Assembly (NCBI RefSeq): GCF_000981445.1
Contig: NC_027218.1
Location: 930,001 to 994,000, forward strand
From: Babesia bigemina
Lineage: Eukaryota
Reading direction: 5' to 3'
DNA length: 64,000 nt
A model generated the notes under the pieces. It was given only the letters and a program-made list of their open reading frames with translations, did no database searches and was not told the origin of the DNA. Position numbers and translations under genes: made by a program. Of this stretch, positions 24,501 through 34,192 are shown piece by piece (position 1 is the first letter of the stretch; every line of letters starts with the position of its first letter).

Positions 24501-24827
24501 GATAACGGCGTCGGCAAGAAACGGTCATGTAAAGATTTTTGTACGGCGTTAGGAATGGTTGTTGCAAAATATAATGCTCTTTATAACCTTGTGAATAAGC
24601 ACATTCCCGATTTCCTGTGGGAAATCAGATACAAATTTTTCTACACCCTCGTGGCTCTCTGGGCCTACTCCCTCCTCTACCTCTTGTATGTCATCATCGG
24701 ACGCCTCGACACTTTCCACATCCGCTCCCACCTGAGACTGCAATCATCGCACAAAATATCAGCCCAGTCACTGCTTGCCACTGCACGTCTAAACAACCTC
24801 GCCAAGCTTGCTTACCTGCGGACGTGA
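18081..24827 (+). CDS. Variant erythrocyte surface antigen (VESA/ves)-like protein, 2248 aa
   Basis: N-terminal KKLTDCPENLREAIDWLIQV, GIVYADLDRLCD, Cys-rich C-terminal half (SPLQSFLED, CKTPMGF), TM segment and tail RLDTFHIRSHL. Confidence 0.88.
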   Translation: MAQHFKKLTDCPENLREAIDWLIQVRHGGDGKGLEKLAKALTILIGEAISNATKSFDDRQKQLECADKSSDQHSHHCTSLDKQIKDAKEKSDDSKALKIESDKKKHIDADHSLTEDARKKALNGITDHRNQLNELQNKLEPFFNKLNKTTRNDRDSILHNLCSGLETFLGFNAATKGYTGKGIVYADLDRLCDAVMAFLYGVLERCHKLLKHYNRDIDDNIRKLKNEIDKGVGVKSFGEAIENVKAGLNGYENEFGTRTQNVINGVSTYLSLLGGHKAYFDTIPDRTLVKINKYVGIYIREGNKLMGKLIGDGDTIRVIDAELKIKLYHSIDVISHSIKNLEKVSQDDTLLRAVNALQGTLDSLPGQVENFINTNIGTTVKGYEVKVEEFKKSVKDEIEKSRDTFLTERLKQAQIDLHNAVRCANKNASNLGGLRNETVKMAVEAIQTRLKSADEDVNDEASLKALKSDTVDNQITNITGKLNEEKCSLEVKNTIKSLQVYIGEPDVMFNEAHQIELGKLVIQAQTNLKEALKCAQENAKNMGGLKNVKVAGVIGNIQKKFIEVDNIKKMRDLQELESEFMKGEIQKITEVLNYENAAGVTTKINSLPKNMATPKKIFDTTHEQILTSLANKAQKELLETVKNTSECIQTHGVLHKEKIKKALEGIEEALRDIETPGVDIERLYQVVTGVEEQLSQLESKVDSTLQATVKPAIQKLNADFTPVKATVNKREPTNNAELIFLITATKMYAIDALHLAENYSVDSTGNSKEEIVEIVNVILKNLKSLDGAFSKIDIGQFHITINPKFEPLKKNNVSYSGISKAHLDNLGIDDLTTKIQQAEKSLIRDMVESAKPKINFYFTNSKSLAGQIDKSDTTELKSTLVELEKKLENHTQIKDVNEFYTLVNKVCAEFEKLRTPHGSSSDPTFKSLLSVILEIEKPAWKALIKTESNIFQTTINFARAAVSAAVEKAKKDIKAAEDEYQIEIGRIRSRIEGEVESIQKKAGMDQLGQVTSGISPLFATITETITNRSVYSEDLRERMNYFGALKDLIEHTIKTLETAYQKAYQSAAKSYLSGAIDMINTTVEGAEKTYEGAVNSHIQAIREKVPQLAHEKFTRIEEREKLKTLFDADFDTLQKQIKVNSAFSDDFNARKTIFDNLQILIKHTVENLNAAYQKAYQSSAQKYLAKAIKDIRSKIADSERMYVDGVMAEVQAVERLISGLEVKMFKVAGQRKGLGDRFNAPLEILQTAVASKSVFKEDLDARTNCFQNLKSLLSNTVKTLVDAANTFDNCAERVEHYLTESLKDASRRINALGSNIKKEVKNAFDEIVSHVYDMYSKDKIAQLDAVQECITEQLDKIKSIIEKDKKTSIKGLLKTVSGLNTNSKELYNRLEQLKDKPSIELLAPAVKSYLDLILIYAWNDMGTLLYTDTLQKRSYQFKGEKIKDNFNELLNHLATTDKIYNYDHTFVNLLEKLKDVLNDLSPQEFGAMAYPVFDALRKGLNGFTEQLGYVYINKYVGSKPIEWHVDKQQTKLSQDATRCAKIFLTLIPEWHKHIPYLNRECNKGCTDKNISLQEQKMNSGITKIVTNPLGLWFDCRGYKVSGFDKQEGELRNNSGCTGKKIGENLRTFFDKRNTFGNLLYYLYEYYKVCHVKYIPSPKPPTTICQMLHWLCGLEYTPMYENVKSYLQEWFNDFKKEHEIEKALPATVPKRTGHEVVTDFNLGNLLGSYQNVTIRASEVLLAILGYGDADGRYACEFYTNPYNLYYPTDKAKCFDMLVDICLRLNHQLRFLYMQCHNGTRSGGWADCRYGKNIAGSAWNCNRLQCVEQGCDQNCKWHNDCGVKSPLQSFLEDGLKGFLPHQFTSPSCKLECSVKNHNGIPCKTPMGFADISITASWTRTGHDIKKVLDPYCGTLPDSLSLLCAYFLCLLRRPPQTLCDMFAFYENFFEHWSGHYDSMRKEHVKKHKHDAFFAAVASANFGVEFDGLDPTTMFGSSSHSSAATTHLKGDLFAIVNCKPNENPVHPCGSYLQPLSYEVRCVFTEKLAADYLSWIVYITETFYNLLNDLYNKCTKCCIQQQADCYGRICAKGCTVDSTTEAAESKKLTDKTHGELCNSIVQCAGIHPTIYAAGFTFGSPWSLSGDNGVGKKRSCKDFCTALGMVVAKYNALYNLVNKHIPDFLWEIRYKFFYTLVALWAYSLLYLLYVIIGRLDTFHIRSHLRLQSSHKISAQSLLATARLNNLAKLAYLRT

Positions 24828-25555
24828 TCTAATTACTCACGATCGTGATGTTACTCACCACATTCACTTCACTGCTAACTCACCTAACCCACCTATCAGT
24901 AACGCAACGCATAATGTAGTAAAGTCATCATGTTAGTGTTAGTAGGTACGTGGTTATTAGCATCGCGCTACCTGACGGCAGCAATGCGGTGCATCGTTTG
25001 GATGAGCTTTTGGACATACGCCTCAGCAACTGAGGGGTGCTGTCATGGATATTATAGTGATTGTTATGTCAGGTAAATGAATGATGTGCTGTTTACTGGC
25101 TAGATGACAAGTAGATATGTGGAGGCGGGGCAGTGAAGTTTATCGATGTGATGGGTACTGGAAAACGCGGTAACGGGGATTTATTCGCAACCTTGTAATA
25201 ACCATCGGGGTTTTGAACTAGCAGGTAATAACGGATACACGGTCATTAAAAAGTCATTAGCTTGACAGTTTTCTGTGTAATGCTGGAGTAGACAGGTCGT
25301 GGATGTTATCTTTTTAAATGACGTACTAATAACATCACGTTCAAAAAATGCTTTGTGAATGCATGCGGTGGTTGTGAATCGTAATGGTATCTTAACATCG
25401 GGAAATCTTGAAATGCGGTTGCCCAAGCACAGGACGAATGGTTTGCTCCTTGTATGGGCATTGCTATTTTATATCAATTTACGCAGGGTTTTAGACGCTT
25501 GAGGTACAATATTCATAGCTGTGCAGGGTTACTTTTCAATCGAGTTTGGGCGAAG

Positions 25556-25771
25556 ATGACGAATTGTTGGTGCAGTGATTCCCATTGCAAGGGTAAAAGT
25601 GTCAAGTGCATTGCCGCTAGCATCGCCATCGTTGTTACGGGCGCTATTTTTTGCGTCGCCCTCGTTGTATTGGTTTTCTATATTCTTGGTAAACAGTACA
25701 ACCAAAGTCTTGGCGATATCGTCAGCCAAATTCGTGATGGCTTCAGTGGCTCCAAGACTAAACTCAACTAA
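25556..25771 (+). CDS. 71-aa Cys-containing single-TM protein, hypothetical
   Basis: AAGATG start context. Sequence begins MTNCWCSDSHCKGKSVKC, followed by a ~27-residue hydrophobic segment. Confidence 0.45.
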   Translation: MTNCWCSDSHCKGKSVKCIAASIAIVVTGAIFCVALVVLVFYILGKQYNQSLGDIVSQIRDGFSGSKTKLN

Positions 25772-26388
25772 TATCCCATGGTATCACCTAGTCCACATAG
25801 CTCCCTTTAGTTGTCACATCCGATGTCAATGTATTGATGTTGCCCGAAACGAACACAATCGTTGTTCTATGTAGCTGCTTGTTAGAGCATACCAAACCAG
25901 TACAATCGGCGACTGGTATTTAAGTTTCGTGGATAGGCAAGACATCACGGGACGTTACGTTCTTCAACACAACAAAGGACTGTTACATCACAGTCGATCA
26001 CATAACAATCAATGAAATCATGTATGCTACACTTACTGATGGATGTCACTCAAGCAACATAAACGACTTAGAGTGAGGGTGTGTTACTGATTTTAGTGAG
26101 CCAACGTTTGACATTGATGGGATGGAACGCCCCCAAAGTTGCGAACTAAAAGTGGATGTGGAACATGTAGTAGTGTCCGAACAAGATGCACAAACGGTTG
26201 TAGTTGTTAATCCTGCTCAATGTGAAAATGCGCACACGATGCTATGTCTTAATGAACACCCACCGATCCAAGACTGCGAAACATTCAATAATACATCATT
26301 AGACAAGCACCATGCCGTTAATTGATCATGCTGTGCTCTAGGTGCGATAATAGTGTTGGTACCTATCATAAAATGCGCTGCAGCGTGT

Positions 26389-26868
26389 TCATCTGCGGGC
26401 GAAACAATAACGGACCCTGTGGAACGGCCTAATGCGAAAGAAGATCATGACGCATACGATGATGAGGATGATGAGGGCGACGGGGACGATGATGATGGGA
26501 AGGACGTTGAGGGAGTAGCTGTCATGGGCGAACGACCGCGCAGAAGAATAAGTTTGCTCAGGTGTTACATATTGCGTAGTGTCAGAATAGGTGGATTGCG
26601 ATGAAACGGATGTAGAGCGTCTCAGTTGACAACATGGACATACACAGCTGGGCTTAGTACACTTAATACATTGTTTTTTACAATCCGCAGTATTGCATGG
26701 GTCTTTTGATAAGCCTGTATCGCGTTCAAGATAGAATTGCATACAGAAAGAGCATCCGTAATCCTGACATTCAGTACAACACCAGTAACAGCAATTGCAA
26801 ACCTTCAGCGATAGACAACTATTATTGCACTTACTACACGGTACTCCTCCGTATATCTCCTTCCCCAT
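26389..26868 (-). CDS. Small Cys-rich C-terminal-TM protein, paralog 1 (159 aa)
   Basis: CxCCxxCCxxC...CxxC...CxCxCC, Ser/Thr linker, TM and tail FRIRPFHRVR. Homologous to four other ORFs in the window. Confidence 0.8.
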   Translation of the reverse strand: MGKEIYGGVPCSKCNNSCLSLKVCNCCYWCCTECQDYGCSFCMQFYLERDTGLSKDPCNTADCKKQCIKCTKPSCVCPCCQLRRSTSVSSQSTYSDTTQYVTPEQTYSSARSFAHDSYSLNVLPIIIVPVALIILIIVCVMIFFRIRPFHRVRYCFARR

Positions 26869-27350
26869 CTTCCCCCTCCCCTCCCAGTCCCCTCAGCCTG
26901 CGAACATATCAATCACCTAGCAACGCACTCACCAACTGCAACACTACCACTGCCGCCCCCAGTCCTCTCAGCCTGCAAGCATATCAATAACTCAAGCAGC
27001 ACTCCCCAACCTACTATGTACCCCTCACCTCAGCAAAGCGTAGCCCGTCCCATCAACCAGCACAGGCATGAACCACTCACCTCAGCAAAGGACACTGAGG
27101 CCGTCTCCCATCGGCGTCACGGTAGCAGCAAGATTAACGCCATCCAAATAACGGCCGATTACATCACTACTATGCTGCTATCACAACTGAAGTACTGCCC
27201 AGTCAAGGCATGTGTCTGGTATCCTGGCCGTGGCATGCAGGCCAACCGGTGCCAGTGGAGCAGTCAGCTTAATCCTTCATACAGTCCAACGTTGCTACAT
27301 CAGATGCTAAATGTCATCACATTTGTGTCGTAGTGACTGCTTACATGAGC
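26869..27350 (-). promoter_or_regulatory. Conserved upstream/5'UTR element of the Cys-rich genes
   Basis: Shares blocks such as CTGGCACCGGTTG.CCTGCATGCCA, TACTTCAGTTGTGATAG and CAGTGTCCTT.GCTGAGGT with 36280-36545, 50307-50570, 57420-57725 and 58620-58901. Confidence 0.7.
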
Positions 27351-27772
27351 CACATCACTTGATTGATGTGCTCCTCATTTACACTGCTACCACCAAAGCC
27401 ACCTAACTACGCCGTCCACTGGCCACGTCGGAGAGCCACCACTAAATTCATTGCCTAGCAACAAACATGTTAGCTATCTCACCAATAAACCACCCTCCAT
27501 ACTACGCACTTTCACCCATCACAACACGCTTCAGCAGCCTACATCAGTGGACTATCACCTGACATCGCTGCCCACTATAACCATGGGATGATGTAGGCAC
27601 GTTTCACGGGTAGCTTACAACTCGAGATCAAAAACCAGGAACCTATCAATGCATGAACTACATTGCCAGCCAAATTGCTGAGTAGGCATTAGATAATATA
27701 TTTGGGTGAGTGTTAGGCTAGGCGGTGGGTTGCTAGTTAAGTGAGTTACGTGAGTGGCGGTGAGGTGGTCTA

Positions 27773-30700
27773 TCAAGGTTGCAGGTAGGTGATCTTGGCA
27801 AGTTTACCGACACGTGCGGCGGCGAGTAGTGATTGAGCGGCGATGCGATGTGATGATGGTGAACGCAAATGCGATTTGATGTGGAGCAGGTCGAGGCGGA
27901 TGACCATGATGTGGATGAGGTACAACAAAGAGAGGAGCCAGAGGGCTACGAGAGTCCAAAAGAATTTACCTCTTATTTTCCAAAGGAATTTGGGGATGAT
28001 GTCGTATACGAGATTATAGAGAGCACTGTCTTTGGATATAGCAATTCTCAATGTCATACATAAATCGCCACAGTTCCTTTTGAACCTGAGACCTTTATTG
28101 CCGTTAAGGCTACCTACGTCTCTGTAAGCGAACCCAAATCTGAATAATGTTGGACGCATATAGTTGCATTGAACTATGGAATAGCAGGATCCATCATGTT
28201 TGGAAGTTGGAGACATTGGCGCATCTTTAGCTTTGCACTTGTCTAGGCATTTATTTACATGGCACTTAGGTTGCAGAGATTCACAATTGTCGCAACATTC
28301 AGAATATAGTAGTTGCAACCACTCGTAGAACGTTTCTGTGAGATACACTATCCACGATAGATACCGATCAACATGTTTCTCAGAATACATACGGAAAACG
28401 CTTTGACATAGAGGCCTTAAATATGAACCGCACGGATGAGCTGGAGTGGACGTCGAGCTATATTTGCACTTTACAAGAGCATAAAGATCACCTGTAAGAT
28501 GCGTACTCTTCTGGCTGGTAGGCTTCATCCCATGATCGCTGTTTTTGAATATGGGAGTAATGTCTAGTGTTGTATCCGCCAGCTTGAAGTTTGCATTTTT
28601 AACTGCCTTCTCAAGGGCATGTATCCCTTTGTCATCCCAGCCAACAATGAAATTGTAATAAAATCCAAACATATCACCTAATGTTTGGGGTGGATTGGGA
28701 AGTAAACAATTCAGGTAACTACACAACGTCGTGAGAAAGGAATTTTTAGCTCCACAGAAAGCGGCAAGACTATCTGCAATGCGTTTGCCCTTATATCTAT
28801 GAGACGCCATGTAAGTTATATCTACAAAGCCCATTGGAGTTTTACACGGCATACTAGAGTGTTTTTTAATCGAGCACTCAAATTTGCCTTTTTCAAATTT
28901 GAGTGGATGGGGCAAGAAACCTTGCAACCCGTCCTCTAAGAAGGATTGCAACGGTGACTTGAGGCCGCAACTAGTATTTTTGTTGCACATTTGGTCACAC
29001 GTTTGCTTATGGCTTGGGTTGTCCGTTTGGTTAGGGCATTGCTTGATGTTACACTCCCACGATGACCCGCCAAAATCTCGACCATAGCAGCAGTCAGACC
29101 AACCACCGAGATCGGCGCCATAATAACATTGGTTATACAGGAAATATAATTGATGGTGGAGGCGTTTGACGATATCTAATAGGATACAGATTAAGCTGTT
29201 CATATCGGTAGGATATAGTAGACCGTCCGGATTAGTGTTGAATTCACAAGCATATCTACCGTACGCATGGCCATAGCCAAGAATGCTGGTGAGCACACGG
29301 TAAGCATGGTCACATACTTTTTGAAGCGTGAGCGTTACCATTTCATAGGTAATAATTTGGGGATGTGCATCAAACTTTTTCTTGTGGTGACTTGTAAGAT
29401 CATCACTTGACGTTTTAAATAAGGAACGGAAACACACTGTAACTTTACCATAGGACACATTATAGCGCAGACCGGCCAACCACAGTAACATATCATAGAT
29501 ACTGCAAGGTGGATTGGAGGATTGTGAAACATCAAAGTGGCATACCTCGTTATATTGTTTGACGTGCCAGTATAGACACGTTATAGCGTCAAATAAATTA
29601 GTGCCCTTTGGTTTCGTGGAACAAACTCTAAGGTGTTCTACATGATCGGTATTTTTAAGTTTAGCATCGAGTAAATCGCAAATAAATTTACCGTCGCAAT
29701 CAATTTGGTTACGTAGCTCACCATTCTGTTTATCTATGTCGGACACAATATAACCAGATCGATTGAAAAATTTTCCACTTTCTGTATTGATATGTATTTT
29801 AGTGCCTCTCCACCCATTCGATATAAGTTCTGTTCTTAAATTATCGAAATCAAAGTAGAGTGTGGAAAGCACCGTCAGTAAACATTTCGCACAATTTTTC
29901 CCAGCAACTGTCAATGCGCCATCAGACGTGGGATCATGCCACCTATCTACAGAGTCCGCTCCTTCGTATACGTTTATGTATGCCATTTCCAACTCAACTA
30001 CCAATGCATCGAAACCACGCCTAAGACAGTCCAATAATACAGAGTTGGTTGGGCCAGCAAACATCTTTGGTGTCAGATCATTAAGTGTTGTTTTAAATTC
30101 GGAAATCATGGTAGCAAATGTATTGTCGAAGTGCGCATTTTCCGCGTAGGAAAGCCTTGTGAAAGGCGCACTAAAAGCTTTCTTAAGGTCCTCCAATTGA
30201 GATAGAGCCGACGAATCCCCATAAATCTGAGTCATAATATAATTCATGAGCCTGGTGATTAGCGCATTGATATTTATGGACCTGTATTTCAAGTCACCTT
30301 CATTTATTAATTCGCTTACGCTACTCGTCATTTTATTAAGCAATCCTTTAACTCCATTCTGAACATCAATTTTTATGCGCATTTCTATTATACTATACTG
30401 CTCCATTACTCGCTTATTTAGCGATTCAAAGTCAGCTTTACGATCTTCTGCGAACAGTTTACGGACCGCTCCCGTTAACGCATCGAACCCCTTTCGTACT
30501 GCCTCAGAGAGTTTCTGTTTTAGGTCGTCAACCACAATATTTGCTGTCAAGTGGGCTGATTGAAGTGTCGACTTAACGACTTGTATGCCATTGGTCAACG
30601 CTTCATCTGCATTTGTCAGATTTACATAAATACCTGTTAAAATACCTGCAAGGTTATTTTTCAGGTCGGCCATTTTGTTTTCAATATCATGTTTATAATA

Positions 30701-33067
30701 TTCAACGCTGCCATGCGATTCCATTTCTTCTTTAAGCTTATCAAGATCTGTGATAATGCTCTGTAGTCCATCAACGTCGCTCTTGAGTCTACCCCTACTA
30801 CCATGTTGCAATATTGGAGTCAGCTTCTGAATTGCTGTGGCCACGGTTTCCAATGTCACTGTTATGTGTTTGCCGTAGTCTCCATTCTTGTCGTCAAATT
30901 CTGTGCCAATCTTGTGTACACTGCTGATAGCATGCTTTAGCAGCTGTTGGATGCTTGACGTTTCGATCAAACGTTCCAGTTCAGCCCCCACGCCATTACC
31001 AATACCAAGGAGTTCGTATAGTGTGTAACGAATGGCACGGGCGAGATTTGCATCACCCGTTTTATCTTTGTTGGAAAGAATGCCATTTTCACCGGTTTCA
31101 ACTTTCTCGGCTATCCCGGAGGCAAGCTGGCTCATTTTGAAATCCGTATTAATTTCTTCACCAAGTAACTTTGCAAAGGCATTGCAACCTAGGACAACAG
31201 CTTTAAGATTATTATCAATAGTGCCGTCGTGTGTTACGCCTCGGAACGATGGAAGAGCATCTACGATTTGGTTGTTGATTCTCTTCTTGATTTCATCTCT
31301 AATGCGGTTGTTGAGCGCTGTATGGTTTACATCCCTTTCTTTGTGATATACTCCCTTCAATCCCTTGTCCGTATTATCCGCAACATATTTATCAATCCAC
31401 CCGCTGACCGGTTGATTTTGCAAAATATCATCTAACCATCCACATACTATGCCCTCAATACCTTCGGATCCTTCAGCCTTGAATTTTTGAAAATAAGATA
31501 TCACGTTTGTCGTTATTTTACCAAGGATATTTGCTTCACCAGTTTTGGTCAATTCCTCAACAAGCTGCGTAATTTTCCCCTTAAGCAACTCCCAATACTG
31601 GTATATACTACCTTGCAGTCCACCTTTTATACCAACACCAACTTGAATTTCCCTGAAATAATTCTGAGTTTCCTCTACCAACTTAGCAAGCTCCTGTTTC
31701 TTATTTCCTAGATTCGTATGCAAAATGTTCACTGCTTGCTTAATCTCGTTGAAATAGTTAATAACTCTTATTCTAAAACTTTCAGTATACCATCCAAATT
31801 CCTTATCCAATAAATCCCTGCCTGCATTAATGGATTCCCGTACTGCCCCAAAGTGGTCGATTCTTGTTTCATCCAAGTCCTTCAGCTTCCCACCAATCTT
31901 CGCAAATTCTCTGTCCAAGATGCTTCTAATCCTCTCAGTTTCATCGATAATAGCCTTGTCGAGTATTGCCTTTTGATTCACTAACTCCTTGTCCACTACC
32001 ATGGCCTGCCGATAGAGATCCTCATTCTGAAACTTCTCACCAAATATACCCACAATTTCATCTATTATTTTAATAGACATTTCTAGCGTTTTCCGAAGCT
32101 CCAAATCCAATTTGGAATTGGCGCCGTCGGCCTGCGTCACCTTCTTAGCATACTCACGAGCATTCAGCTTCCACGTGCTAAATTGCTCATCCAGTGACTT
32201 CTGTTTTCCTTCTTCCACATTCGTTTTATGTCTCATAAATAAGGTCAACAAATCATTTATGGGCCTTTTAACATTTTCCGTTCTCTTTTCCATCTCTCCC
32301 TCATACCCCTCCAACCACGCCTTCACCGCGCCGACAGCATCCACAAGCCCTTTACTGCCGGTGCCAATATTTTTAGATAATGTTTCTAGTACTTTATTAA
32401 GCTTAAGACTCATATTATTATCATAAGTTGACACTTCATTTTCGTTTTCCACACTCTCCAACACACCACTCAAAAATGCCATCACTCCATCACACAGCCT
32501 ATCCAGGTCGGAGTACACAATCCCAGTGCCGTCGTAGCCTTTGGAGGATGGATTGAAGCCGAGGAAAGTCTCGAGGCCGGAACACAAGTTAGCTAAAATG
32601 CCTTCATTGCCATTTTCCGATGTTTTTTTAAGATCTTCCAAAAATGGTTCAAGCTTATTTTGAAGTTCATTAAGTTGATTCCTATGGTCAGTAATACCAT
32701 TCAATGCTTTTTTTCTGGCATCCTCAGTAAGAGAATGATCTGCATCAATGTGCTTCTTTTTGTCGGATTCAATCTTAAGAGCCTTTGAGTCATCGGATTT
32801 TTCTTTGGCATCCTTAATTTGTTTATCGAGACTAGTGCAATGATGGGAATGCTGATCAGATGATTTATCAGCGCATTCAAGTTGCTTTTGACGGTCATCA
32901 AAGCTCTTAGTAGCATTACTTATAGCCTCACCAATCAATATTGTCAAAGCTTTAGCCAACTTCTCAAGACCTTTACCATCACCACCATGCCTAACCTGTA
33001 TGAGCCAGTCGATGGCCTCCCTAAGGTTTTCAGGGCAGTCAGTAAGTTTCTTGAAATGTTGCGCCAT
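27773..33067 (-). CDS. VESA/ves-like protein, 1764 aa
   Basis: Same N-terminus as the gene at 18081; GIVYSDLDRLCDGVMAFL; Cys-rich C-terminal half; TM and tail RLDLLHIKSHLRSPSSHRIAAQSLLAAAR. Confidence 0.88.
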   Translation of the reverse strand: MAQHFKKLTDCPENLREAIDWLIQVRHGGDGKGLEKLAKALTILIGEAISNATKSFDDRQKQLECADKSSDQHSHHCTSLDKQIKDAKEKSDDSKALKIESDKKKHIDADHSLTEDARKKALNGITDHRNQLNELQNKLEPFLEDLKKTSENGNEGILANLCSGLETFLGFNPSSKGYDGTGIVYSDLDRLCDGVMAFLSGVLESVENENEVSTYDNNMSLKLNKVLETLSKNIGTGSKGLVDAVGAVKAWLEGYEGEMEKRTENVKRPINDLLTLFMRHKTNVEEGKQKSLDEQFSTWKLNAREYAKKVTQADGANSKLDLELRKTLEMSIKIIDEIVGIFGEKFQNEDLYRQAMVVDKELVNQKAILDKAIIDETERIRSILDREFAKIGGKLKDLDETRIDHFGAVRESINAGRDLLDKEFGWYTESFRIRVINYFNEIKQAVNILHTNLGNKKQELAKLVEETQNYFREIQVGVGIKGGLQGSIYQYWELLKGKITQLVEELTKTGEANILGKITTNVISYFQKFKAEGSEGIEGIVCGWLDDILQNQPVSGWIDKYVADNTDKGLKGVYHKERDVNHTALNNRIRDEIKKRINNQIVDALPSFRGVTHDGTIDNNLKAVVLGCNAFAKLLGEEINTDFKMSQLASGIAEKVETGENGILSNKDKTGDANLARAIRYTLYELLGIGNGVGAELERLIETSSIQQLLKHAISSVHKIGTEFDDKNGDYGKHITVTLETVATAIQKLTPILQHGSRGRLKSDVDGLQSIITDLDKLKEEMESHGSVEYYKHDIENKMADLKNNLAGILTGIYVNLTNADEALTNGIQVVKSTLQSAHLTANIVVDDLKQKLSEAVRKGFDALTGAVRKLFAEDRKADFESLNKRVMEQYSIIEMRIKIDVQNGVKGLLNKMTSSVSELINEGDLKYRSININALITRLMNYIMTQIYGDSSALSQLEDLKKAFSAPFTRLSYAENAHFDNTFATMISEFKTTLNDLTPKMFAGPTNSVLLDCLRRGFDALVVELEMAYINVYEGADSVDRWHDPTSDGALTVAGKNCAKCLLTVLSTLYFDFDNLRTELISNGWRGTKIHINTESGKFFNRSGYIVSDIDKQNGELRNQIDCDGKFICDLLDAKLKNTDHVEHLRVCSTKPKGTNLFDAITCLYWHVKQYNEVCHFDVSQSSNPPCSIYDMLLWLAGLRYNVSYGKVTVCFRSLFKTSSDDLTSHHKKKFDAHPQIITYEMVTLTLQKVCDHAYRVLTSILGYGHAYGRYACEFNTNPDGLLYPTDMNSLICILLDIVKRLHHQLYFLYNQCYYGADLGGWSDCCYGRDFGGSSWECNIKQCPNQTDNPSHKQTCDQMCNKNTSCGLKSPLQSFLEDGLQGFLPHPLKFEKGKFECSIKKHSSMPCKTPMGFVDITYMASHRYKGKRIADSLAAFCGAKNSFLTTLCSYLNCLLPNPPQTLGDMFGFYYNFIVGWDDKGIHALEKAVKNANFKLADTTLDITPIFKNSDHGMKPTSQKSTHLTGDLYALVKCKYSSTSTPAHPCGSYLRPLCQSVFRMYSEKHVDRYLSWIVYLTETFYEWLQLLYSECCDNCESLQPKCHVNKCLDKCKAKDAPMSPTSKHDGSCYSIVQCNYMRPTLFRFGFAYRDVGSLNGNKGLRFKRNCGDLCMTLRIAISKDSALYNLVYDIIPKFLWKIRGKFFWTLVALWLLSLLYLIHIMVIRLDLLHIKSHLRSPSSHRIAAQSLLAAARVGKLAKITYLQP

Positions 33068-34192
33068 AGTTCACAAGCAATAGGTCAATGTATACGCAAC
33101 TTCAAATCACCCACCAACAATTCGAGGTTGCAGATACTTGACTCCTGCAAAAATGCGATGCGCACTATAGGTCTAACAAAGTACATTACTCAACCATCTA
33201 CCCTATTGTGGGCGTATTTTTAATCCACTACATAAATAGCATCCACCTCGCTCACCTAATCCCAACCACCAGCACCCAGACAGCTCGAAATTCTAGTCCG
33301 TTTCGGAGGTGATGTCAGACCTCCAAAATACATCCCAATGTTCAAAGCATCAATGCAATAGTTGAAAGCTGTACGAAGTGCTCATTAATATTCGTATCGG
33401 TTTCTCTCCCACTCCTTTGCAATTACTGGTCGGCCCCACTGCCACTGCACGGCTTTAACATAATACTAAAACGGTCTTCCTAAATGTGACTCGAGCAACT
33501 GGGCGGTGATTACACGAATATGAGCATGCTGTGATCGTGAAGCGGAAAGGGCAATGGCGTTTCACCCCTCCGCATCGTTCACAACTAGAGGAATCCTCGA
33601 CGCATGATGGATGAGAATGTGACGTCAGTATGGAGGATTGCCGATGTAACTGTTAAGCACAGTCAAGATGTACCTAGCTGAAAGGCGATTGTAGGAGTGA
33701 ATAGCAGTAAGGCGCAGGTGGAGGACTATAGTAATCATGGAAGGTGCCATGCCAAACTCAGGAGTCTCACAAGGGGTGAGAGCATACTCTACCAGAAGAC
33801 AACATCGTAGATAGTATAACGACCGCCTTCACAATCGTGAACAACGGAACTGTCAACGAAGGCAACCTGGTGGAGACGGGGCATAAAGGAAGAGGAGATC
33901 CAGGGACGTCGTTGAGGATATGAAGCTGAGAGCTTTCATCTAGCAGATATGTTTGATAGTTGTAAGATATGTAATGAGGGACATTAAACCTAGAGAAGAC
34001 TACGATTCCGTAGAAGACCCTCAAGCCCAAACTGGATGGATGCCCGCATGGATGGCACCAGTGACGTCCGGCAATGGACCGGCGTGGATCCCGCAACCGG
34101 TTTCAGCGTGAGGCGTTAGCCCCGCAAACACGAAAACCGGCCCAAGGCACGTAGCCACATAGCACACTATAAGATGAGATAACTTAATTTAA
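32640..34192 (-). repeat. ves upstream element plus first ~143 codons, copy 2 (right arm of inverted repeat)
   Basis: Reverse complement of 16972-18508. Its outer end AAGATGAGATAACTTAATTTAAGG is shared with copy 3 near 57397-57420. Confidence 0.93.

Noticed and set aside
16972..34192. Inverted repeats as transposon termini
   Set aside because: The arms are ves upstream and coding sequence; no transposase, reverse transcriptase or target-site duplication was seen.
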